NCBI GenBank assembly: GCA_964016885.1
Contig: OZ024744.1
Location: 42,470,001 to 42,534,000, forward strand
Reading direction: 5' to 3'
Source of the DNA: Eledone cirrhosa
Taxonomy: Eukaryota
DNA length: 64,000 nucleotides
Shown here: one piece after another, positions 1-11,922 of the stretch
Numbering within the stretch: the stretch's first letter is position 1
How the letters are laid out: each line of letters starts with the position of its first letter
Position numbers and translations under genes: made by a program
The notes under the pieces: generated by a model
Database searches by the model: none
What the model saw: only the letters and a program-made list of their open reading frames with translations
Told to the model about the DNA's origin: nothing

Positions 1-739
1 CTAAAGAATCAATCACGTGACACTAAGAGTGGGATGGTAAGATGACAGACGCCTACTAACACACCAAAATTTTAGTAGTGGTTTTGGCAGGTTTGCTCGA
101 CAAATCAGTGATTTGGAGATAAATATAGATAATTTAATATATTTACTAACAAATGCGCACATTAGCGTACATCTGTGCGCATTTGTTAGTAAATATATTA
201 AATTATCTATATTTATCTCCAAATCACTGATTTGTCGAGCAAACCTGCCAAAACCACTACTAAATTTTTGGTGTGTTAGTAGGCGTCTGTCATCTTACCA
301 TCCCACTCTTAGTGTCACGTGATTGATTCTTTAGAATCGGCCATTTGACCAGTGGCAGCGAGATTTTCAGTGCTTGGAATCCAGTCCCCGATAGCTGTTC
401 CATTTACCGAATTATTATTATTTTTATATGAGTCCCCAGTGTCCGCGCATTGCCTGGAGACTTAGCTGAGAATAGACCTCCCTGATGACGCAATGAAATT
501 CTCAACAGTTCATTACGTAACTGTCTTTGTCCCATTGCAGAAACTAATTAGTTGGAGTGAAAATTTTAGTAAGTAAGTTAATTTTTTTAAATGTTTATTA
601 AAATTTTCTTATTTTACGTCTCTTATATTATTGTTCTGCATCCTCCTGCATTGAACCACCTAGGTACTATGACATAACCTGTGTATTTGCTGGCATTAGC
701 GTACATCTGTGCGCATTTGTTAGTAAATATATTAAATTA

Positions 740-746
<7 letters not shown>
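1..746 (+). mobile_element. Non-coding Penelope-pLTR/retrozyme-like module A: 5' fold-back plus 534-nt terminally redundant monomer
   Basis: 1-161 is the near-perfect reverse complement of 174-334 and may extend beyond the window; 160-212 repeats directly at 694-746; hammerhead at 478-557; ends in (TA)n. Confidence 0.75.
478..557 (+). ncRNA. Minimal type I hammerhead ribozyme
   Basis: ctcc-CTGATGA-c-gcaatg...cattgc-a-GAAA-c-taatta-GTT-ggag: stem I ctcc/ggag, stem II gcaatg/cattgc, palindromic stem III loop. Confidence 0.75.
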
Positions 747-804
<58 letters not shown>

Positions 805-917
805 TTGGGTTTGTTGGTTCCCCACTGGATAGAACTGGTCATTCTGTGTGGTCTGCCACGATGTAATGTTATGGGAAGCACTCAACGTAATGCAACCACC
901 CGTCTTCGTTTATGTAG

Positions 918-1250
918 TTGGTGATGCGAATACGGAGTGACAAGCACTTTAACAAGAAACTAAAGTGGTTCAAGCAGATAAAACTAAATCAAGATACTTT
1001 AGATTACATCAATAGATATCCCGACAAATTTGACGGTATAAATATGGCCGACATCTCATTAACAGATGAATTCAACAACAACAACACAAATATATACGGC
1101 AACACTACGGTCGACTCTGATGAATTATCTGTATTACAACTGCCACCTAAGTATGCCACATTTAATAAGGTAAATATGATTAAATGCTTGTCAGAAATAG
1201 AAAAATCATTTACAAAATTACGTTGGAGCCTCAAAAACAAAAACAAAAGT
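918..1250 (+). pseudogene. Penelope-like element ORF, N-terminal fragment
   Basis: ELSVLQLPPKYA...EIEKSFTKLRW resembles the PLE pre-RT motif (LxLGxxF...dle.f.rklR). Confidence 0.45.
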
Positions 1251-1355
1251 AACAACATACGCACGCACACACACATATACAACACACATCCCAACAACAA
1301 CAGACACACAGACACAAACAACAATAACAACAACACACACATCAACAATAATATA

Positions 1356-2692
1356 TTCTTCCTCTTCTCAAGCAACTTCATAGTTTCCTCCGAGACTCTT
1401 CCCTTCTGCTCCCTCGGGCACACACCCTTATCCTTCCTCAAGCACTCCTTCAGTTTCCTTATCAGTGAGTCGTAGTCAGCGTCTATGCCGTCTCCTTGAT
1501 GCCAGTTTTCCTGCATGATGGCTTCCTGCAGCTGCGCCTCGTTGAAGACCCGGACGCGTTCTCCCTTCGACGCCAAATGCAGCGCCTTCTTCTCCCTCGT
1601 CCGGTCGATGACGACCTTCGCCCTCACCAGACGATCATCACTGCCAGTGTTGAATGGCGTTATGACGGAGACGTCCTGCAGTATGCGTCGCTTGTCGACC
1701 AGGATGTAGTCGATCTCGTTTCGGTGCTCAGAAGCCAGGTCCATCTCTTCTCCTCCTTCTTCCTGAATAGGCTGTTTCCAATGTAGAGCCATCTCGCCTC
1801 CGCCATGGTGACCAGACGCTCTCCTCTCTCATTTTGCTATCCTAGGCCGAATCTTCCGACATACTCTTCCCTTTGCCGTCCCTCTCGGAACTTTGCGTTG
1901 AAGTCTCCCATCACGACGGTGTAAGTGGACTTCACAGCTAGCACTTTGTCTAACTGGCGATAGAATTCTTCCACTTCATCGTCGTCACTGGCACTTGTGG
2001 GAGTGTAGGTTTGCACAATCTTGAGGGTAGCCTTCCCTGAGAAGTTCACGTTCAGTACACCAATCCGTGACGATATGAACTGGCAAGAAGCAACCTTCAA
2101 AGCCCATTCCTTGCTTACGATGAATCCTATACCTCCGACCGATCTGGCACCCTCTTCTTTCCCGAGTCTCACGGCGCATCCATCTTGCCATCGCGAACTC
2201 GCCTCCTTCTTCTGGCGGGTCTCGCACAGCCCTAACACGTCGCACCTGATCTTCTTCTTCTGCTCCATTAGGTGGTTCAGTCCTTTCCCCCCTGCCAAAG
2301 ACCTGCAGTTGTAGGTGCATATGGCAAGGTTACTCCTGGACCATGGCGGCCTTCGGGAACCTGTGATTCTTAGCAGCCTCTCGTCGCTCGGATTGCACTC
2401 CGCCGTCGTGGAGTGACCCGTTTGACGTGCAGGGTACTGAGGCCCTTTTCTTCGTGCTGTTTTAGCCATAAGATGACGCCATCCTACTAGCTGGGCGGGC
2501 AGGCCGGTACCTCTTCAGTTTAGCTAGCTTTTGAACTCTAGAAGATGATGAATCATCTCTAAGACCAAAAGTCTGATACCTGTGTAGCATGGTAATACCT
2601 GCCAGGACATTGATTCCCGCTACCGTAGCTATCAGACAGCCAGGGTCACCACTGTGCCACTTTTGAGGCACTGAAGTAGGATTTTGCAGAGG
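1356..2692 (-). mobile_element. RTE-clade LINE, 5' half (5'UTR plus APE endonuclease), 3'-truncated
   Basis: ORF 1837-2469 has APE motifs TYNCRSL, LGLCETR, GIGFIV, YTPTS, GDFNAK; continues NEIDYIL...GSDDRLV in another frame. Confidence 0.9.
2513..2692 (-). ncRNA. HDV-like ribozyme at the 5' end of the RTE LINE
   Basis: Minus strand: P1 cctctgc/acagtgg (2 mismatches), P2 cttcagt/actgaag, P3 gcc/ggc, L3 tcaaaagt, P1.1 ca/tg, P4 ctggct/agctag with large structured insert, J4/2 CTAA. Confidence 0.7.
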
Positions 2693-2757
2693 ATATATGT
2701 ATATATATATATGTGTGTATGTATATAAATATATATGTATGTATACAGTATATATGC

Positions 2758-2803
<46 letters not shown>

Positions 2804-2835
2804 GTATATATATATATATGTATATATATATGTAT

Positions 2836-3445
2836 GTCAGGTTACTAGTTGGTGCTACTGGTAACATGTATCCCAGTACAACCTGTCCTATGGTCGGGTC
2901 GTTGGCGACTAAACTGGCGACCCCACCAAGGTTTCTTGGTGAGGAGGGTGACTTTGGACATCCTGCAGGACTAAAAACAAAACCTGTCAAAGGGCAAAGG
3001 AGCTCTTAAGAGTCAATGGCCATCCAAAATCACCGGGAGAGATGACCCCTTAGCCTTTGTCAAGGCAGAATTCTAGGAGAAGGAAAACTCTGATATAACA
3101 CCTGCAACCCTGATGTTATCCAATGATGTTGACTTGTTCTTCTTTTTGGTAAATATCATCTTGGTTAAGAGAGTGGGACTGGCTTTGTGCAGTGCCTTTG
3201 CTCACTATAAAAGCTTTACGGCACAGGCATTGCTTTATATTTGGAGATCTCTCTGCACTTGTCGTCACATGGTACCATGGGCCCAGCACTATGTGTCAAT
3301 AATTGTCACAAGTGTAGTGTTTGTACCAGAGTTTTCAAGTCGCTGCCTGGACTAAAAAGTCACACTCGTTCAGCGCATCAGTAGGGGGTTCTCCTACATG
3401 GATATAAAGTAGTGGCCGTACTCGAAAACGAGTTGGCAGCCACCA
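2836..3445 (+). mobile_element. ~610-bp non-autonomous RTE-derived (bipartite) element, copy 1
   Basis: Near-identical to 4659-5267; 3' part encodes a C2H2 finger (3304-3384, CSVCTRVFKSLPGLKSHTRSAH) and ends like the RTE at 30462. Confidence 0.75.
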
Positions 3446-4525
3446 TATATGTATGTTTCCATTTTGCGTTTGTTTCATGATGACATGAAGGCATGGGTAA
3501 ATGTTAGTGGAAAGCTCTCTGAGCCGGTGACGGTCGAGAATGGAGTCAAACAGGGTGACATTCCAGCTCCAACGCTCTTTGCTTTGTACTTCTCCATTGT
3601 CTTCGAACAGGCCTTCGGGAACTGCAATCATGGTAAATATGTTCGCTATCGATCAACTGGAAAGCTGTTTAATATCAGGAGGTTCATTGCTAAGTCAAAG
3701 GTTCACTTGTCACTAATCAGGGCTTTACTTTATGCAGATGACTGTGACCTGGTAGCGCACACGGAGATTGATATGCAGCATCTCACGGATGCATTTTCTA
3801 ATGCGTGTACTGCATTGGGACTTACCATAAGCCTGAAAAAGACAGTAGCCATGTACCAACCAGCCCCTGGCAAGCCATGTTGTGAGCCCAACATCTTGGT
3901 TTATGGTGAAAGGCTAAGGGTCGTTGGCAGTGTTGTATATCTTGGAAGCACTCTGAGTATGTCCTGTGATATTGATGGGGAAATATCAAACAGGATACAG
4001 AAAGCCAGTGATGCTTTTGGAAAACTGAACAAGCGTCTCTGGTCTCAACACGGAATTTCGGTAAAGACAAAGCTCAAAGTGTATCATGCGTGTGCTCTCA
4101 GCACTTATTTATGCTTGTGAGACGTGGGTGGTCTACCGTAGACAGATGAAGCGACTTGAGAGGTTCCACCAGTACTGCTTACGTCGGATCCTCGGCATAA
4201 TTTGACAAATGTTTGTCAGTGACGTCGAGGTTCTGGACAGAAGTGGCTGTGATAGTGTCGAGTCCTTGATTTTGAAACATCAGCTGCGCTGAACAGGCCA
4301 TCTTGTAAGGATACATGACAAGCGAATGCCGAAGCAGCTGCTTTAAGGCGAGCTCCAAATGGGAAAAAGAACGCGAGCAAACCCAAGATGCGATTTAAGG
4401 ACTGCATCAAGGAACCTTAAGAAAAGTAACATCCCTTGTGAGCACTGGGAAGCATGCGCTCGCGACCGATCGCATTGGAGGAAAGCAGTGGCTAGTGGCA
4501 AGAGTCTATTTGAGGAAACAAGAAG
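3446..4525 (+). pseudogene. RTE LINE reverse-transcriptase fragment
   Basis: GVKQGDIPAPTLF, LYADDCDL, YLGS motifs; frameshifted C-terminus. Confidence 0.9.
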
Positions 4526-4529
4526 TATA

Positions 4530-4596
<67 letters not shown>

Positions 4597-4658
4597 GTAT
4601 GTATATATAAATGTATGTATATATATATATGTATGTATGTATGTATATATATATGTGT

Positions 4659-5264
4659 GTCAGGTCACCAGTTGGTGCTACTGGTAACATGTATCCCAGT
4701 ACAACCTGTCCCATGGTCGGGTCGTTGGCGACTAAACTGGCAACCCCACCAAGGTTTCTTGGCGAGGAGGGTGACTTTGGACATCCTGCAGGACTAAAAA
4801 CAAAACCTGTCAAAGGGCAAAGGAGCTCTTTAAAGTCAATGGCCATCCAAAATCACTGGGAGAAATGACCCCTTAGCCTTTGTCAAGGCAGAATTCTAGG
4901 AGAAGGAAAACTCTGATATAACACCTGCAACCCTGATGGTATCCAATGATGTTGACTTGTTCTTCTTTTTGGTAAATATTATCTTGGTTAAGAGAGTGGG
5001 ACTGGCTTTGTGCAGTGCCTTTGCTCACTATAAAAGCTTCACGGCACAGGCATTGCTTTATATCTGGAGATCTCTCTGCACTTGTCGTCACATGGTACCA
5101 TGGGCCCAGCACTATGTGTCAATAATTGTCACAAGTGTAGTGTTTGTACCAGAGTTTTCAAGTCGCTGGCTGGACTAAAAAGTCACACTCGTTCAGCGCA
5201 TCGGTAGGGGTTCTCCTACATGGATATAAAGTAATGGCCGTACTCGAAAACGAGTTGGCAGCCA

Positions 5265-5267
<3 letters not shown>
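4659..5267 (+). mobile_element. ~610-bp non-autonomous RTE-derived element, copy 2
   Basis: Direct repeat of 2836-3445, flanked by TA microsatellites. Confidence 0.75.
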
Positions 5268-5326
<59 letters not shown>

Positions 5327-5333
<7 letters not shown>

Positions 5334-5815
5334 TTCCTTCTCCTAGAATTCTGCCTTGACAAAGGCTAAGGAGTCATCTCTCCCGGTGATTTTGGATGGC
5401 CATTGACTCTTAAGAGCTCCTTTGCCCTTTGACAGGTTTTGTTTTTAGTCCTGCAGGAAAACTCTGATATAACACCTGCAACCCTGATGGTATCCAATGA
5501 TGTTGACTTGTTCTTCTTTTTGGTAAATATCATCTTGGTTAAGAGAGTGGGACTGGCTTTGTGCAGTGCCTTTGCTCACTATAAAAGCTTCACGGCACAG
5601 GCATTGCTTTATATATGGAGATCTCTCTGCACTTGTCGTCACATGGTACCATGGGCCCAGCACTATGTGTCAATAATTGTCACAAGTGTAGTGTTTGTAC
5701 CAGAGTTTTCAATACGCTGGCTGGACTAAAAAGTCACACTCGTGCAGCGCATCGGTAGGCGTTCTCCTACATGGATATAAAGTAGTGGCCGTACTCGAAA
5801 ACGAGTTGGCAGCCA

Positions 5816-5818
<3 letters not shown>
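5327..5818 (+). mobile_element. ~610-bp element, copy 3, 5'-truncated with 5' inversion
   Basis: 5327-5457 is the reverse complement of ~2963-3093; 5456-5818 matches the 3' part directly. Confidence 0.75.
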
Positions 5819-5869
<51 letters not shown>

Positions 5870-6390
5870 ATATGTATATATGTATATATATGTATATATA
5901 TATATACATATTGGTAAACGGAATAGAAAATGCTGACAAATTGTTCACAGTTGAAAAATGGTTTAATTAGGAATAAAAGAGTATTAGTGATTGTATGGGT
6001 TAGTATTCAGTTGTGGTTTTAAGTTTTTAAGTTTTTACCGGTTGCGCATTTCTAAATGCTTTTCAAAAATAATTTTGAGATAGAGTGTCCGTGCTGTTTG
6101 CTCTGTTCTGATTAGTTTTGGGAATTCTACCTGTTTTTATGTTAAAAAAATGGCTCCAGCGTTATTTTTGTGTTGTAAAAATGCTTGTGGTCAAAACAAT
6201 TTTGATTGGTCGGTAGAGGTCATGTGAATGTAAAAAGTTGATTTTGCGCCAAGACTGTTTTTATGTTAAAATGTTAGAAAAGTGGCTCCAGCAAAGATTA
6301 TGGTCAAAACAATTTTGATTGGTCGGTAGAGGTCATGTGGATAAAAAATTGGTTTTGCGCCAAGATTGAGAAATGACTCTTTCACAACAA

Positions 6391-6482
<92 letters not shown>

Positions 6483-6551
6483 TAGTAGTAGTAAGGTATT
6501 CGATGCTGCGACAATAGCCACCAGCGATGTGTGTCAAATGGCTATTAAGAT

Positions 6552-6585
<34 letters not shown>

Positions 6586-6657
6586 ACACACACACAGCAG
6601 AGTCATTCGAAGGTCAAAAGATATTTTTCAGCTTTTGTCTTATACGGAGAAGTGCGC

Positions 6658-6688
<31 letters not shown>

Positions 6689-6892
6689 AGTCTCTTTGTA
6701 TGTTGATGTACGCGTGTGTATGTGTCTGCGTATACATGTGTGCGTGCGTGTGTGTGCGTGTGTGGGTGGACCAGTATTTTTCCCCCCCCCTGGTAAAATG
6801 GTGTACATTATTCGATTTTTTCAGTAAAATCGGTTCTCTTAATAGAACATCAACAATCTTAACAATAAAAGGTGTGAAATGATATTCACTAT

Positions 6893-6937
<45 letters not shown>

Positions 6938-7118
6938 CATTTTCACTACACACATATATATACATATATACATATATACATACATATATATGCACATATA
7001 TTTTTTTGTATTGCACCATAGAGCATGTGTGTTTACGTGTGTCATTGTGTTTATATGTGGGTAGAGATGTGTGCTGATGTAGGTATGTATGTTGACGTGT
7101 GTATGTTGTGGGTTCGTC

Positions 7119-7640
7119 TTAGGGAGAAGTGTTTAGACGGGGTCCGTATTTGTTAATGAAGTAAGATTCCTTGCTGATGCGCTGGGTGTGGGTGGCATTA
7201 TCTTTAAATTTGTAGAGGGGAAAGATTCTGAAGTTGGGATGATTTTGGGCGGCGCAGGTATCAATGTGTTCACTCAGTGGTATTTTCCTGTATTCCCGTA
7301 TTTTAATTTGGGATCTATGGACAGTCATGCGTTGGCGGAGGCTGTTTTTGGTCTGGCCTATGTATTGTTCTCGACAACCTGAACAAGTTAATACATATAT
7401 TAAATTTTCCGATGCACATGTGAAATTGTGTTTTACTATAAAACGTTGTCCATCTTTGAAATAGAATTCCGAACCCTCTATTAGGTTGATGCAAATGCCA
7501 CAGTTGGGTCTATCGCATTTTTTTACTGTGGGTTTCGTTGTTGTGGTTGGCAGTACTTTGGCATGTGTTAAGATGTTTTTCATTGACTTGGATTGTCTTT
7601 TGCTTTTTATGATATCGTGTGTTCGTAGAATTTGGTTCAT
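7119..7640 (-). pseudogene. PLE C-terminal zinc-binding linker plus GIY-YIG endonuclease
   Basis: CDRPNCGIC...NFTCASENLIYVLTCSGC..QYIGQT..LRQRMTVHR...RISKESYFI...LN. Confidence 0.9.
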
Positions 7641-7929
7641 TCTAAACCAATTTTTTATCCACATGACCTCTACCGACCAATCAAAATTGTTTTGACCATA
7701 ATCTTTGCTGGAGCCACTTTTCTAACATTTTAACATAAAAACAGTCTTGGCGCAAAATCAACTTTTTACATTCACATGACCTCTACCGACCAATCAAAAT
7801 TGTTTTGACCACAAGCATTTTTACAACACAAAAATAACGCTGGAGCCATTTTTTTAACATAAAAACAGGTAGAATTCCCAAAACTAATCAGAACAGAGCA
7901 AACAGCACGGACACTCTATCTCAAAATTA

Positions 7930-7967
7930 TTTTTGAAAAGCATTTAGAAATGCGCAACCGGTAAAAA
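7930..7967 (+). ncRNA. Variant hammerhead (U3-A8 core, A13C); mirror copy 6033-6069(-), third copy 48233-48268(-)
   Basis: ttt-TTGAAAA-gcatt-taga-aatgc-GCAA-ccg-GTA-aaa, palindromic accggt at stem III. Confidence 0.55.
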
Positions 7968-8127
7968 CTTAAAAACTTAAAACCACAACTGAATACTAAC
8001 CCATACAATCACTAATACTCTTTTATTCCTAATTAAACCATTTTTCAACTGTGAACAATTTGTCAGCATTTTCTATTCCGTTTACCAATATATAATAACT
8101 TGTGTGTTACACCTCTATTCTTTTAAC

Positions 8128-8158
<31 letters not shown>

Positions 8159-8213
8159 GTGTATGTATATATGTATATATATGTATATATATATATATAT
8201 ATATACATATATT

Positions 8214-8317
<104 letters not shown>

Positions 8318-8719
8318 GTGTGTATTATAAGGGGCGAAGGGTCCTTGCATGCGTTATAGAATCTTGAGTTGATCAATTGCGTCGGTTGAAGCAAGCAGAA
8401 TTTTGGCTGCTTACTAAAACGTATAGCCACATAAAAAGATAACACACACACACACACTAGATAACACTACATGCGGCTTTGACCGGGAGGCTCATTTAGA
8501 GGGAATTGGGAGGGGGGTAAGGCTGCACAGTCTCACTTTCCTCCACGATGATTGGACTGCATGCCCTGCTTTCCAGGCTACCCTTCGCCACTGGTCTGTA
8601 TATGTATGTATGTATATATAAATGTATGTATGTATTTTTTCTCGTGTAATGGCCATACTCGATAACGAGGGGCAGCCATCATGTATGTATATGTATGTAT
8701 ATATATATATATATAAATG

Positions 8720-8784
<65 letters not shown>

Positions 8785-8865
8785 ATATATATGTATGTAT
8801 AAGCAGGGAAAAGCGGACGTAAAATGATGATGATGATGTATGTATATATATGTATATATATATAT

Positions 8866-9256
8866 GTCCTGGAGGGACTAGCACCAAACTTTGGCATTGG
8901 GAGCTGGACCATCCGTCGAACAGGACGTCACTGTGTGGTGCCAAAGGACCCGTCATCCACATCTAGAATAAGGAACAGATATTGCAATAGCCTCGGGTTC
9001 AACAAGCTGCCGACGGATCTGAGAGATCTGCATGATATGGATGTGGATGTCTTCAAGAAACATCTCGATAGCTTGCTATCCAGGATCCCGGATGAGCCCA
9101 CAGCAAGGCACGAGGGAAACCTAAGGGGAGCAGCAACGAACTCCTTCTTGTACTAGTGGCCAACCAATACAGGCTGGAGATAAAATGTGTAACAACAAGG
9201 GTGGTGCCCCAGCATGGCCTCAGCCGGATGGCTGTAACAGGTAAAAGAGTAAAAGA

Positions 9257-9257
<1 letters not shown>
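8866..9257 (+). mobile_element. CR1-like LINE 3' end
   Basis: FNKLPTDLRDL..VDVFKKHLDSLLSRIPDEP..AATNS followed by a short repeated tail (gtaaaaga)2. Confidence 0.65.
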
Positions 9258-9319
<62 letters not shown>

Positions 9320-9320
<1 letters not shown>

Positions 9321-9554
9321 CGAAAGAAATGTGGTGAGGAACCAGGTGGACCATAACGCACCAGAGTACTCAATACTTAAGGTAGTAGAGTGGGTAATAG
9401 GAACGCGTAGGACCCCGACGGCTGAGCTCAAGCCGTTTCGACGGCTAATTCTGGACTAACTCGACTAATTCGGCTAATTCGACGGCTAATTCGAGTCCAG
9501 AATTAGCCGTCGAAACGGCTTGAGCTCAGCCGTCGGGGTCTTACTCGTTCCTAT
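9320..9554 (-). mobile_element. pLTR 3' fragment with fold-back inside a hammerhead
   Basis: IR 9397-9457/9494-9554 contains GAAA-cggct-tgagctc-agcc-GTC; the CUGANGA half is lost; ATTGAGTAC motif at 9366-9374(-); flanked by (TA)n. Confidence 0.6.
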
Positions 9555-9572
9555 ATATATATATATATATAT

Positions 9573-10000
9573 AATGATATTAAATAAATGGTAACTATAT
9601 TTATAAAACCATATTTATCCTATTATATACATTTCAAGAGTTCCAAAACTTTGGTACGCATTCATCAGATAAAATACGAAGTGTGTTTTATAAATTTTAA
9701 CATAACCAAGAAAAATACCTTAACGGTTCAAGTTTTCCTTGAATAGTCGAAGGAAAACTTGAACCGTTAAGGTATTTTTCTTGGTTATGTTAAAATTTAT
9801 AAAACACACTTCGTATTTTATCTGATGAATGCGTACCAAAGTTTTGGTACTCTTGAAATGTATATAATAGGATAAATATGGTTTTATAAATATAGTTTCG
9901 ATTTATTTAATATCATTGAATATTATACTCCAGAAAACCTGTCGAGTGCTCTGAATAAACATTTATATTTGTTGAATTACCAACAAATTGAATATCCCTT
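9573..10000 (+). mobile_element. Fold-back pLTR module with hammerhead (~9814-9878)
   Basis: IR 9573-9740/9750-9917; CTGATGA 9822-28, stem II gtaccaaa/tttggtac, GAAAT..ATA; GTCGAGTGC at 9941. Confidence 0.65.
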
Positions 10001-10242
10001 ATAGTAGCTACGGAGTAGGCAGACCCAGTAAAACCTGGGACGACTTGATAAATTCCGACCTTACACACTTACACCTCTCCAAGACAATGTCACTGGACCG
10101 AGATCTTTGACGCTATGCAGTAATACAGAAGACCCGCCTTGCCTAAGTACGAAGTGAAGCCTACAGTCAGTAGGCACATCTTAACCAAAATACAGATAGA
10201 CGTTAAACGATGCTGATGCTGATGATGATGATGATGATATGT

Positions 10243-10426
10243 ATTTATTAATATAACAGATTAAAGTTTAAGCGAAGGAAAACAGGAAGACGATACTTTG
10301 GTTCGTGTAGACATGTGGAGAGATGAGAACAATTACACGCAAAGATAAAACCACGTTTATGGTATAAATGAAGTCGTAGACGTTTCCTGGCAATGAACGG
10401 GAAAAAAGCGAAGATAATACGTCATT
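10243..10426 (-). mobile_element. Fragment related to the Helitron at 45290-46708
   Basis: Reverse complement matches ~45597-45800 in blocks. Confidence 0.6.
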
Positions 10427-10429
10427 ATG

Positions 10430-11700
10430 GGTCTCCCACTCCGCGGTTTCCATTGACTTCTAGTGCTCTGCACCTTTTTATGTAGTTGTCCTCCTTCTTA
10501 CGCATCACATGTCCATACCAACACAACCGCCTCTCCTGCACACAGCATTTGATTCCTCTTATGCTAAGTCTCTCTCTCAATTCATTTATGCTTTGCTGTT
10601 CGAGTATATTACTATTACACATCCATCGGAGCTTGCCGGCTTGTTTCTTTCTAATCTACGCAAGTCTTCCACAGTCAGGTCCCAGGTTTCACTACCATGT
10701 AACATTGCTGTTCGTATACACGCATCATACAGTCTGCCTTTCATTTTGAGGGAAAAGCCTTTTGCAGCTAGCAGTGGCAGTAGCTGCCTGAACTTCTTCC
10801 ATCCCGTTCTTACCCTAGTTATTGTACTTTCCGAACATCCACCTCTGCTGCTAATTCGGTCACCTAGGTAGCAGAAGCTGTCTACTGTTTCTACAGAGCC
10901 CTCCCAGAGTTTGGTGGTACTTGTTTCCTGTGGCTGTTTGCTGCTTACTATCCCAGCACAGCTGCTACATGTGAAGCCTACATTCTTAATTAAGCTTCCT
11001 GAGATCCCGCTACATCTCTTGTGTACCTATTGTTTGCATTTGGGGCAGAGAATTGAGTTCCTACCTACACCTTTCCTACATACTGAGCAAAGCCATTTCC
11101 CTAAGGGGATCTGGGTTCTGTTTTCTCGTCTACTTACAAGGACCTTAGTCTTTGTCAGGTTGACTTTGAGACCCTTTCTTTCTAGTCCCTGCTTCCAAAT
11201 TTGGAATTTCTTCTCTAGTTCTACCATAGATTCAGCTATAAGTGCGAGGTCATCTGCATACAGGAGTTCCCATGGGCATCTGGTCTTAAACTCCTCCGTT
11301 ATTGCCTGCAGGACTATGAAGAACAGGAGAGGGCTAAGAAAAGAGCCCTGGTGGACACCGACCTGTACGCTAAATTCCTCGCTATACTCATTGCTAATCC
11401 TAACTTTGCTGACTGCTCCCCTATACATGGCTTGTACAGGTTTCACAAGCCATTCATCTACTCCTAGTTTTCTAAGAGCCCACCAGATTATAGCACAGGG
11501 GACTCTGTCAAAGGCTTTCTCGAGAACGACGAATGCCAGCTAGAGCGGCTTACTTTTAGCTAGGTACTTTTCCTGTAACTGCCTCACAAGGAAGAGGGCA
11601 TCAGTGGTGCCTCTTCCTGGCACAAACCCAAATTGCATCTCATATAGTTTCACCCGGTCCCTAATCAACTGTGCTATAACTCTTTCTGTTACTTTCATAA
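10430..11700 (-). pseudogene. RTE-type LINE RT fragment with a Cys-rich insert
   Basis: GVHQGSFLSPLLF, LLYADDLALIA, CSVCRKGVGRNSILC. Confidence 0.85.
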
Positions 11701-11728
11701 TATGTATTTATATATACATATGTATGTA

Positions 11729-11776
<48 letters not shown>

Positions 11777-11784
11777 TGTATATA

Positions 11785-11862
<78 letters not shown>

Positions 11863-11922
11863 ATATATATGTGTGTATATATATATATGTATATATATAT
11901 GTATATATATATATATATATAT

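Larger units (their letters stand above)
5908..8092 (-). mobile_element. Penelope-like element, 5'-truncated: GIY-YIG domain, microsatellite 3'UTR and pLTR, with an inverted pLTR copy
   Basis: ~445-bp inverted repeat 5908-6355/7644-8092 flanks the GIY-YIG ORF. Confidence 0.85.

Noticed and set aside
13-322. Two near-identical 69-aa ORFs on opposite strands
   Set aside because: A by-product of the 334-bp palindrome.
4659-4745. Possible HDV-like ribozyme at the 5' end of the 610-bp element (CTAA-actgg after a hairpin)
   Set aside because: P1, P3 and P1.1 could not be placed in HDV order; only simple hairpins are supported.
5908-8092. DNA transposon or MITE with 445-bp TIRs
   Set aside because: The cargo is a PLE GIY-YIG domain and a solo arm exists at 48120, so an inverted pLTR explains it better.
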